Shown one piece after another: positions 51,309 through 60,387 of a stretch of 64,000 bases of DNA (the first letter of the stretch is position 1; each line of letters begins with the position of its first letter). The notes below the pieces were generated by a model that ran no database searches, was not told the origin of the DNA, and worked only from the letters and a program-made list of their open reading frames with translations. The position numbers and the translations under genes were made by a program. Source of the stretch: Pseudomonadota bacterium (lineage in GTDB: Bacteria > Campylobacterota > Campylobacteria > Campylobacterales > Sulfurimonadaceae); assembly GCA_043797085.1 (NCBI GenBank), contig JAZDQA010000010.1, forward strand, positions 32,001 to 96,000, in the 5' to 3' direction.

Positions 51309-52610
51309 ATGCTGTTTTATCTAAAAAAAATATATGATCTTCTCCCAAAAGAGCACCTGAGATTTCTGCGATACATTCCCGATGAACTTTTGTTTGGTAA
51401 ATCGTACAGTGAGTGGAAACCCAAAATCTCGTTCGACAAACACCTGATCGATCAAAATCTCTACGATATCTTATCGTATGTCAGAGAACACACTCAGTAC
51501 GGAAAAGATCACATTACGGGCAACTTGGATCTAAAAAATGTCCGAAGTGTTTTAGAATCATTGCCCTTCATTACTTCTTATGATCTCGCAACCAATTTGG
51601 ACTACTATACTTCCGATGAATACAATACGTTTAACTCCTACAGCGCGACAACAGGCGGGACAGGCAGACACCCCACAACCGTTCTTTTTTCGAATGAACT
51701 TTATGGAATCGAATGGGCACATGTTCACCATATCTGGTCGTTTGCATTCTACGACCGCAAAAGAGATACGAAACTCACCCTGCGCGGCAAGATGCTTCAT
51801 GGGGATAAACTGGTCGAATACAATCCCCTCTATAATGAACTGGTTGTGGACACGTACAAAGTCAATCATGATAATTTTGATCAGCTAATAGAGGCTATCA
51901 AACCCTATGATGTCAAATACATCCACGGCTACCCCTCGCTGGTCAAAGAGTATATGACCTATTTCGAATACCACAACTTTATTCCAAAACTCAACGGCAT
52001 CCTTTTGACCAGTGAAGGGGTGAGTGTCCTGGAAAAAAAACAGATTTCCGACTTTTTCGGATGTAAAGTCCTCTCTTTTTACGGACAATCCGAAAGAGCT
52101 CTTATCGCAGCCGATTTTGATTCCAACGGTGTTTATAAAGTCTATACCTCTTATGGGTATCCCCGTATCGTGGATGGTGAACTGGTTATCACTTCGTTTG
52201 TAAACCGTGCACTTCCTCTCGTTAACTATAAAATAGGAGACGGTGCCGAGATAATCGAAGACGAGCACTGTTTGTACCTGAAAAATCTCACGAGCCGACG
52301 GGGAAAAGATTTCGTCTATCTTACGAAAGAGAAAAAGGTATCGACAACACTCCTCGCGATGAACACCAATGTTGAAAAAGAGATTCTCTATTATCAGATA
52401 CATCAAAAAGAGTTTGGAAAAATCAACATATTATTATTATTAAAATTAGATAGTCTTAGGTCATCTGAAAAACTGTCAAAAACTTTTGCTGATGCCATAA
52501 AGAGAGAGCTCAAAAATTTTGAGATAAATGTGAGAGTAGCGAAAGAACACGAAATTATTAAAAGCCATAGAGGCAAAATGATTCTATTGGTGCAGGAGTT
52601 GGACGTATGA
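51309..52610 (+). CDS. CapK/PaaK-like adenylate-forming ligase, copy 2
   Basis: Same motifs; long near-identical DNA blocks shared with copy 1. Confidence 0.8.
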   Translation: MLFYLKKIYDLLPKEHLRFLRYIPDELLFGKSYSEWKPKISFDKHLIDQNLYDILSYVREHTQYGKDHITGNLDLKNVRSVLESLPFITSYDLATNLDYYTSDEYNTFNSYSATTGGTGRHPTTVLFSNELYGIEWAHVHHIWSFAFYDRKRDTKLTLRGKMLHGDKLVEYNPLYNELVVDTYKVNHDNFDQLIEAIKPYDVKYIHGYPSLVKEYMTYFEYHNFIPKLNGILLTSEGVSVLEKKQISDFFGCKVLSFYGQSERALIAADFDSNGVYKVYTSYGYPRIVDGELVITSFVNRALPLVNYKIGDGAEIIEDEHCLYLKNLTSRRGKDFVYLTKEKKVSTTLLAMNTNVEKEILYYQIHQKEFGKINILLLLKLDSLRSSEKLSKTFADAIKRELKNFEINVRVAKEHEIIKSHRGKMILLVQELDV

Positions 52611-52677
52611 AAACGAATCATTCTAAAATCATTTTTACCGTATTGGGTTTAAGAAAGAAGTTAAAGGAGATATCACA

Positions 52678-53979
52678 ATGCTGGCGACTATGAAACAAAT
52701 TTATGATGTACTGCCCAAAAGATATCTGACCTTTCTACGCTACATTCCTGACAGGATTTTATTTGGCAAATCCTATATCCAATGGAAACCAAAGGTCTCG
52801 TTTGATAAAAGTCTGATTGATCAGAATTTATTTGATACGCTCAATTATGCACGAGAGCAAACCAGATATGGCAAAGATCATATACCTGAGAAATTTGATA
52901 TTTCGGATGTCAAAACTGTTCTTGAATCCTTGCCAATAGTCACTTCGTATGATATAGCAACCAATTTGAATTACTATACCTCAGATGAGTTTAATCGATT
53001 TAACTCGTATAAGACCACTACCGGCGGATCAGGGAGAAATCCGACAACCCTTTTACTCTCCAACGAACTTTACGGTGTCGAGTGGGCACATGTTCACCAC
53101 ATTTGGTCTTTAGCAGATTACAAACGACAAAGAGATACAAAGCTTACCCTTCGAGGAAAAAGCCTAAAAGGGGATAAACTTGCAGAATACAATCCTCTCT
53201 ATAATGAGCTTGTCGTAGATACGTATAAAATAAACCATACTAATTTTAAACAACTTTTAGATGAAATTAAAAAATATAATATTAAATACATTCATGGCTA
53301 CCCCTCTCTTGTAAAAGAATACATGGGCTACTTCGAGATGTACGATTACATCCCAAAGCTTAATGGAATTTTTTTAGCCAGTGAAGAATCGAGTGTTGAT
53401 GAAAAAAAAGCCATGAGCGATTTTTTCTCTTGTAAGGTTATTTCATTTTATGGACAATCAGAACGGGCACTTATCGCCGTAGATATTGACTCCAACAATC
53501 TGCATAGAGTCTACACCTCCTATGGATACCCCAGAGTTATTGACGGTGAACTTATAATAACTTCCTTTGTCAATCGTGCCTTACCTCTTATCAATTATAA
53601 AGTAGGTGACGGTGCGGAACTGATCGAAGATGAACATTACGTATACCTAAAAAACTTAACCGGCAGATGGGGAAAAGATTTCATCTATTTAAATAAAGAT
53701 AAAAAGATTCCAACCACCGCTATCAATCTTCATTCTCACATACAAAGTGAAATTGTTTATTATCAAATACACCAAAAAGAATTCGCAAAAATCGAGATAA
53801 AAATTCTTAAAAAACCACTCAGCAGCCTCTCTTCACAACAGCTTTTAGAAATATTTACGCATGAAATGAAATCAAATTTAAAAGATTTCGAAATCAGTGT
53901 GATCATTGTCAATGAAAATGAAATTGTTAAAAGCACCAGAGGTAAAATGATTTTGCTTGTTCAAGAATTGAAAGTTTGA
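52678..53979 (+). CDS. CapK/PaaK-like adenylate-forming ligase, copy 3
   Basis: Same motifs; more diverged at DNA level; AAGGAG RBS. Confidence 0.8.
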   Translation: MLATMKQIYDVLPKRYLTFLRYIPDRILFGKSYIQWKPKVSFDKSLIDQNLFDTLNYAREQTRYGKDHIPEKFDISDVKTVLESLPIVTSYDIATNLNYYTSDEFNRFNSYKTTTGGSGRNPTTLLLSNELYGVEWAHVHHIWSLADYKRQRDTKLTLRGKSLKGDKLAEYNPLYNELVVDTYKINHTNFKQLLDEIKKYNIKYIHGYPSLVKEYMGYFEMYDYIPKLNGIFLASEESSVDEKKAMSDFFSCKVISFYGQSERALIAVDIDSNNLHRVYTSYGYPRVIDGELIITSFVNRALPLINYKVGDGAELIEDEHYVYLKNLTGRWGKDFIYLNKDKKIPTTAINLHSHIQSEIVYYQIHQKEFAKIEIKILKKPLSSLSSQQLLEIFTHEMKSNLKDFEISVIIVNENEIVKSTRGKMILLVQELKV

Positions 53980-53982
53980 CCC

Positions 53983-55560
53983 ATGAAGATGCAACAACTG
54001 AGCCGATTCATTACTACGGTAAAATTTTTAACCTGCAAACAAATAGCCTATCGGCTTTTTTATACTCTGAGAAATAGACTCCGGTATTTACAAAAATATC
54101 AGCATAAGTTACTCACTGCATCAAGAGTTGCAACCCTCACATTACAGCCATCTATTCACGCGTATCCTTCCTGCGATGATAACCGATTTACCTTTTTAAA
54201 TCTTTCCAAAACATTCGATACGACAATTGATTGGAACTATTCTCAATATGGCAAACTTTGGACCTACAATCTGACCTATTTTGATTTTTTGCATCAAGAG
54301 GAGATGAGTAAAGAAAAAGCTCTTGAGCTCATCCACAACTTTATCGATCAATCTGCTTCTATCCACGATGGATTTGAGCCTTTTCCCATCTCTCTGCGAG
54401 GAATAAACTGGATTAAATTTCTTGTAAAACATGAAATTAGTGACGTAAAAATCAATGATTCGCTCTTTGCACATTATCACATTTTACTGGACAATCAAGA
54501 ATACCATCTACTAGGCAACCATCTCCTCGAAAACGGCTTTAGCCTCCTTTTTGGAGCGTATTATTTTCATGATGACTCGTTTTACAAAACAGCCAACAAG
54601 ATTTTGACAGCCCAGATAGAAGAACAGATTCTCCCCGATGGCGCCCATTTCGAACTTAGTCCGATGTACCATCAGATTATGCTCTATCGAGTCTTGGACT
54701 GCATCAATTTGCTAAAAAATAATCTGTGGAAAGATAAAGGACTTTTAACCCTTTTGGAATCCAAAGCCCAGACGATGTTAGGATGGCTAGAAGCAATCAC
54801 CTACGGTGATGGGGCGATTCCTCTGCTCAACGACAGCACCAACGGTATTGCCCCCACAACGAAAGAACTGACCCAATATGCTGCACTTCTTGGTCTACAA
54901 GCACGACACCTTCCGCTCAAAGAATCCGGCTATCGCAAAATAGCCAAAGAGACGTATGAGTGTATCGTCGATGTCGGGAATATAGGACCCGATTATATCC
55001 CCGGACATGCGCACAGTGATACCTTTAACTTTGAACTTCATATTGATGGAAAACCAATCATTATCGATACCGGACTTTCCACCTATGAAACCAATGCCCG
55101 ACGCAATACAGAACGCTCCACATCATCCCATAACACCGTTATGATAGACGACAAAGAGCAAAGCGAAGTCTGGGGAGGATTCCGAGTTGCAAGACGAGCC
55201 AAAATAACTGATCTGCACGAAGACGTCGATTGGATTGAAGCGACCCATGACGGATATACAAAAATCGGTGTACTGCATACACGACAGTTCTCTTTTGAAA
55301 ATCACAAAATTATTATCAGGGATACCATTCAAAGTGCAACGCATCACCATTGCATAGCATTTTTACATCTGCATCCTGATGTTTTGGTACGTATTAATCA
55401 CGATACAGCTCACATAGGCAGCTGCTCAATCCTTTTCACCGAATACCAAAAGATCGAACTCGATACTTACCAATACGCACCGGAGTTTAATACACTCATC
55501 GAGGCTTTTGTTATTAAAATCACCTTCACCAAAAATTTAACCATGGAGATAACCCTATGA
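53983..55560 (+). CDS. Heparinase II/III family protein
   Basis: GNHLLEN, EQILPDGAHFELSPMYH, GHAHSD, HNTV. Confidence 0.88.
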   Translation: MKMQQLSRFITTVKFLTCKQIAYRLFYTLRNRLRYLQKYQHKLLTASRVATLTLQPSIHAYPSCDDNRFTFLNLSKTFDTTIDWNYSQYGKLWTYNLTYFDFLHQEEMSKEKALELIHNFIDQSASIHDGFEPFPISLRGINWIKFLVKHEISDVKINDSLFAHYHILLDNQEYHLLGNHLLENGFSLLFGAYYFHDDSFYKTANKILTAQIEEQILPDGAHFELSPMYHQIMLYRVLDCINLLKNNLWKDKGLLTLLESKAQTMLGWLEAITYGDGAIPLLNDSTNGIAPTTKELTQYAALLGLQARHLPLKESGYRKIAKETYECIVDVGNIGPDYIPGHAHSDTFNFELHIDGKPIIIDTGLSTYETNARRNTERSTSSHNTVMIDDKEQSEVWGGFRVARRAKITDLHEDVDWIEATHDGYTKIGVLHTRQFSFENHKIIIRDTIQSATHHHCIAFLHLHPDVLVRINHDTAHIGSCSILFTEYQKIELDTYQYAPEFNTLIEAFVIKITFTKNLTMEITL

Positions 55561-56819
55561 AAATTTTATTTATTACCGATAACTTTCCGCCTGAGGTCAA
55601 CGCTCCCGCTACTCGTACCTATGAACACGTTCAAGAGTGGATCCAACACGGGGCCGAAGTAACAATCATAACCTGTGCACCAAACTTCCCTCACGGGCAT
55701 GTTTATGACGGCTATAAAAATAAACTCTATCAAAAAGAAAATATGGATGGTATAGAAGTAATCCGTGTTTGGAGTTACATCACGGCAAACAGCGGATTTG
55801 TAAAACGGGTGCTTGATTATATGAGCTTTGCTTTTATGGCATTTTGGGTGGGCTTGTTTCAAAAATATGACGTCATCATCGCCACATCACCGCAGTTTTT
55901 TACGACATGGACAGCATCAGGACTCTCCAAGATACGGCGAAAACCATGGATTTTTGAACTGCGCGATCTATGGCCTGAATCGATTAAAACGGTCGGGGCA
56001 ATGAAACAGGGAATCGCGATTGAGATATTAGAGAAAATAGAACTTTTTCTCTACCGTGATGCGACACGTGTCATCACCGTCACCGATGCTTTTAAAGCCA
56101 ATCTGATACGACGCGGCATTGTTGAAAAAAAAATAAATGTGATCACCAACGGTTCGAATGTAGAACTGTTTTATACACGTCCGAAAAATCAGCTGTTATT
56201 GGATCAGCTCAATCTAAACGGAAAATTTATCGTAGGCTACATCGGCACACACGGTCTGGCACACAGTCTCGATTTTATCGTCCGAAGCATTTCCAAAATC
56301 TCTGACCCTGACATCCATTTTCTCTTTATCGGTGATGGTGCGATGAAAAGCACTATCGTCACCTTATCACGAGAACTCAACCTCACCAATGTCACATTTT
56401 TAAATCCGATATCCAAAGAGCAAGTCCCAGATTATCTTTCTATTTGTGATGTTTCACTCGCTCCTCTCAAAAAAGAAGATAATTTTAAAACAGTTATACC
56501 CTCTAAAATTTTTGAAGCATCAGCGATGCAGAAACCGACTTTACTGGGGGTTGAAGGAGAGGCTCAGGGGATTATTGAATACCATCACGCAGGGTTGTGT
56601 TTCGAACCTGAAAATGAAAAGGATTTCATTGAGAAAGTGATTTTAATCAAAGAAAATCCAAAAATATATCAAGAACTTCAGCAAGGATGTAAAACCCTTG
56701 CCGAAGCGTATGATCGGAAAAAGCTTGCAAACCGTATGCTTTCAATCATCACTAATCTCAACAGTACGGTCAACTATATCCCGCAATATCAGGGGACTAT
56801 TAATGCTTTACAACGGTAG
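55557..56819 (+). CDS. GT4 glycosyltransferase (WbuB-like)
   Basis: NFPPEVNAPA, ELRDLWPES, IPSKIFE. Confidence 0.9.
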   Translation: MKILFITDNFPPEVNAPATRTYEHVQEWIQHGAEVTIITCAPNFPHGHVYDGYKNKLYQKENMDGIEVIRVWSYITANSGFVKRVLDYMSFAFMAFWVGLFQKYDVIIATSPQFFTTWTASGLSKIRRKPWIFELRDLWPESIKTVGAMKQGIAIEILEKIELFLYRDATRVITVTDAFKANLIRRGIVEKKINVITNGSNVELFYTRPKNQLLLDQLNLNGKFIVGYIGTHGLAHSLDFIVRSISKISDPDIHFLFIGDGAMKSTIVTLSRELNLTNVTFLNPISKEQVPDYLSICDVSLAPLKKEDNFKTVIPSKIFEASAMQKPTLLGVEGEAQGIIEYHHAGLCFEPENEKDFIEKVILIKENPKIYQELQQGCKTLAEAYDRKKLANRMLSIITNLNSTVNYIPQYQGTINALQR

Positions 56820-59178
56820 CATTTGTATAAAATTTTCCATGATCGCCGGTAACATCGATTGTTTTTACGCCATAGCCGTTAATGGTATAGCCATTCTTAT
56901 CTTGGCTTCCTGTAACGATATTATTCTTTAATATCAGTTTGCTAAAATTTGCATTCCAACAAGCGAATGCAGACCCGATGTTATTGGCAAGATTATTATC
57001 TTTTACCGTAACAACACCGATTGAATTTGGACTCATATATACCAATCCGGCACCTTCTGAAGCATTTCCGTTAAAATTGATATCATTATTATGATAGGTT
57101 ATATTATGTGCAGCGGGTGATTTTGCTCCTGCCACAACATTATTGTGCAAATAGTTACCTGCAACCTCAACATTTTCATTTGTGCTCATATCAATACCAT
57201 AATTATCGTTTCCATAAAATTCATTCGAGTAGATCAATGTATTTGCCAAACCATTTATTTTAAGATCCATACCGTGCATCCCATTGTATGATTTGCTGTA
57301 TCTTACCGTTATTCTTGAATTTGCCAAATAATCATCTCGATAAAAAGAAATACCAGAACCTTGATCGATTTTAAAATTCTTTGCTTCTATAAATTCTACA
57401 AGGACATTGCTTTTTGCTACATACGCATTGATACCATTCAACGTTTTACTATTACCATTAACGGTAAAATTTCTAACGACAATGTTTCCTCCGCGAAGAT
57501 TGACAGCAGAAGTAGCGTCACTTCCTGAAATCGTATTGCTCAGTATGGTTTTCCCCATCCCGGCACCTTGTAAAATTACATTACTGTTATTAATGCTGAT
57601 CCCGTTGACTGTATTGATGGTACAAGCAGGCATATTCACCGTTCCACCCGCACTTGGGACAGCGTTAATGGTATCTTGCAAAGCTTTTTGCGTACACGAA
57701 GGTACTTGATAAACATTAGCAGCAGGGACAGTAAATGTTTGGAATCCCCATGTTGGATTTTCAAGAGGCAAACACTCTTTGCTTTGAATACGATAATATT
57801 GATCTTTACCACATGGCGCTGCCGTTGTGGTACTTGGTGGTGTTGTTGTCACAGGTGGCGTTGTTGTCACAGGTGGCGTTGTTGTCACAGGCGGCGTTGT
57901 TGTCACAGGCGGCGTTGTTGTCACAGGCGGCGTTGTTGTCACAGGCGGCGTTGCAGCTGTCGTGAGATCAGAAAGTGTCAAAGAATCGACCTGACTCGAA
58001 GTGATACGCCCATTCACCCTTTTATTTAACACTCTATTCGTAGATGCCGATGACTTGTATTTCCAGCTTGAAGAGGAACTGCTGTATGCACTTGCTTGCA
58101 TTGTGGTAAGGACACCTGAAGGTTGTGCATTCAACGAAAGTGTCGAATCTTTGAGAACGGCTGTTTCGTCCACATTAATGCTGTATTTTCCATAGTTATC
58201 GGACACTCCTGAACCCAATTTGGTCGTACCTAAATAGAGTTCAACCGTTGCGCCGCCAACGATATTAGCACCGGTTTCAGAGGTTGTCACCAATCCTGAT
58301 ATTTGCAGTTTTCCGTTTGGAACATTTTTAGCCACCATTGCACTCAACGCATCCGTACCGTTGAGAACCGCTTGGACTCTGGAGTCATGAATAAAACTTT
58401 CCACCGCAGCTTCTCCATATTGTGTATCGCTGTTTGGATCTGTCGCGAAAGAGTTAATAGCCTCTTTGAGCGCATTATCTCCGGTTGCAGATGATGCAAC
58501 TATTTTATCAGCAAAATCTCGGCTAAACGCTTTAATCTCTATTCCATTATCCGATGCAGCAGAGAGTATTGCATTAACTTTTCGATTTAACGGCTGATTT
58601 TCAGCACTTGCTTTAAACGCCAATGCACGACCATTTGCTCCAAATCCGAGCTTATTTGCCAAGGTATCAACGTTAGGACCGGAATAGAACCCAGCTAAAG
58701 TTGCGAGAGGATTAACGGATAAAACCTCATCCTCCAATATTGCCGTTGACGTTATAAGCGGAGCACTCTGTGTCGATTCATTGACATCCAAGACTCCATT
58801 TCCATTCGTATCCATAAAGCCGCCTATGGCAGTAATGTAAGATGGCTTGGCTTTACAGTTATTAAGCGTATACTTCCCTTTCCCTATTTCAGTGAAACCT
58901 TCACATACTGTGGCTTCTACAAGATTTCCTGATGCATCGGGAACAGTTCCCGTAGCAATCACTCTTGCGCCAACGATTGAATCATCCGCGACTATAACAG
59001 TATAATCAGCATCGCTACTCTCAATACTTGTTCCATAATCAGCACCGGTACTTACACTGGCAACGCCAGCAGCAGCACTTCCGCCTTCACTTCCTCCGCC
59101 ACAACCGGCAACTAAAAATCCGACACTAACTAAACCTACAATAGATTTTAAATTAAATTGTCTTTTTTGATTTAACAT
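56800..59178 (-). CDS. Large lipoprotein with a Pro/Thr linker and a C-terminal right-handed beta-helix
   Basis: GAGGAG RBS, lipobox FLVAGC, (PPVTTT)6 linker, LQDTINA...LQGAG..KTIL and Asn-rich beta-helix repeats. Confidence 0.8.
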   Translation of the reverse strand: MLNQKRQFNLKSIVGLVSVGFLVAGCGGGSEGGSAAAGVASVSTGADYGTSIESSDADYTVIVADDSIVGARVIATGTVPDASGNLVEATVCEGFTEIGKGKYTLNNCKAKPSYITAIGGFMDTNGNGVLDVNESTQSAPLITSTAILEDEVLSVNPLATLAGFYSGPNVDTLANKLGFGANGRALAFKASAENQPLNRKVNAILSAASDNGIEIKAFSRDFADKIVASSATGDNALKEAINSFATDPNSDTQYGEAAVESFIHDSRVQAVLNGTDALSAMVAKNVPNGKLQISGLVTTSETGANIVGGATVELYLGTTKLGSGVSDNYGKYSINVDETAVLKDSTLSLNAQPSGVLTTMQASAYSSSSSSWKYKSSASTNRVLNKRVNGRITSSQVDSLTLSDLTTAATPPVTTTPPVTTTPPVTTTPPVTTTPPVTTTPPVTTTPPSTTTAAPCGKDQYYRIQSKECLPLENPTWGFQTFTVPAANVYQVPSCTQKALQDTINAVPSAGGTVNMPACTINTVNGISINNSNVILQGAGMGKTILSNTISGSDATSAVNLRGGNIVVRNFTVNGNSKTLNGINAYVAKSNVLVEFIEAKNFKIDQGSGISFYRDDYLANSRITVRYSKSYNGMHGMDLKINGLANTLIYSNEFYGNDNYGIDMSTNENVEVAGNYLHNNVVAGAKSPAAHNITYHNNDINFNGNASEGAGLVYMSPNSIGVVTVKDNNLANNIGSAFACWNANFSKLILKNNIVTGSQDKNGYTINGYGVKTIDVTGDHGKFYTNATVVKH
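57842..57949. repeat. 18 bp tandem repeat x6 (GTTGTTGTCACAGGYGGC)
   Basis: Six contiguous units encoding PPVTTT on the minus strand. Confidence 0.97.
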
Positions 59179-59292
59179 TATAAACTCCTCTGAATTATTC
59201 AAACGGAGAAATATAACATTGCCATGTTAATGAGATATAAATGAGCTTTTAAACTACAAACGATAAAAAATATGCACTCCTTTAAAATTTTC

Positions 59293-60387
59293 TTATGTTT
59301 TCAAATAACTCCCGTTCAATAGCAAACTTGCGATTTGATATCTTTGGATGAAATATACATGCAGAAAATAGGCGAATATCGCAGTGCTTAACGATATCAC
59401 CATAAATCCCAAAACAGGATTTCGAATCTGTTCATTGAAGACATGGAAAAATCCTACAATAAAAGGCTGATGGAGCAAATAGATGGTATACGATGAATCA
59501 GAAAGTTTTCGAACCGTCTTGCTGGAATTATTAAACAGCTTTATGGATTTAAAGGCTAGAATAATGGATAAGCTTAAAATTATCGATAGATATATTTCCA
59601 AAACTAGTGAAAACAGTTTTATAAAAAATCCCTCATTATAAAAAATCAACATTTTAGACATAACCAATAATATCGCTATCGATAAAAATATATGGTATTT
59701 AAGTTTTTGATAATTGACAACGTCTTCTAATATCTGCCGATTAAAATAGAATAAATATCCAAGTACATAAAAAGGAAAATATTTAAAAAGAGCCGGAATT
59801 TCAACAAAAAATATCTTATCTGCCAAATTTACCGTAATCATATGTCCAACCAAATAGAAGAAAAATGAAAACAGCATAAATTTTAGAATAAAATATTTCT
59901 TTGAAGTTTGTGCAAAAAACTCAAAAACAGCAGTAACCGTATTCTTTTTTTTCAAAATAAAAATAGTAGTTATAGCGATATAGACAATCAAGTTTCCCAA
60001 AAACCACAAATGTCCCACCCAGTCTCCGTTGAGGAAATACGTCCATCCGGTTGTCAAAACAGGCATCGCCGTACTCCATTCGTTCATATAATAGTTTAAC
60101 GTGAATCCTATCATCAGCATGGGAATTCCAAGTCTAATTAACCGCTCATGTAAAAAGTTTTTTGCCCCTTTTTTTTCAATCAACATTGCTGCAAAAAATC
60201 CGGCAACAATATAAAAACCTTGCATTCTAAAAAGATGCATTACGTATGAGAAATAGTCAAAAAAAACATTAAGTTCCTCTCCTGCGACCAACCATACTTC
60301 TGAAGTAGTATAAATTAATGCCGTATGATAAAAAACACCTAAAATCATAAAAATGGCTCGTGCGGAGTCCATATAATGATATCTCAT
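59293..60387 (-). CDS. Acyltransferase family 3 protein (OpgC/MdoC-like)
   Basis: DSARA, HLFRMQGF..AGFF, ERLIRLGIP, HLWFL, SYTIYLLH. Confidence 0.88.
   Translation of the reverse strand: MRYHYMDSARAIFMILGVFYHTALIYTTSEVWLVAGEELNVFFDYFSYVMHLFRMQGFYIVAGFFAAMLIEKKGAKNFLHERLIRLGIPMLMIGFTLNYYMNEWSTAMPVLTTGWTYFLNGDWVGHLWFLGNLIVYIAITTIFILKKKNTVTAVFEFFAQTSKKYFILKFMLFSFFFYLVGHMITVNLADKIFFVEIPALFKYFPFYVLGYLFYFNRQILEDVVNYQKLKYHIFLSIAILLVMSKMLIFYNEGFFIKLFSLVLEIYLSIILSLSIILAFKSIKLFNNSSKTVRKLSDSSYTIYLLHQPFIVGFFHVFNEQIRNPVLGFMVISLSTAIFAYFLHVYFIQRYQIASLLLNGSYLKT

Noticed and set aside
50399..52406. Two similar minus-strand ORFs (50399-50908 and 51885-52406)
   Set aside because: Their similarity only mirrors the duplicated ligase genes on the plus strand.
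57842..57949. Short repeats as a CRISPR array
   Set aside because: The units are contiguous with no spacers, lie in frame within a CDS, and no cas genes are present.
57676..58029. Cys/His/Arg-rich repeat ORF (CCHRRR) resembling a metallothionein
   Set aside because: It is an alternative-frame reading of the 18 bp repeat, antisense to the lipoprotein gene.
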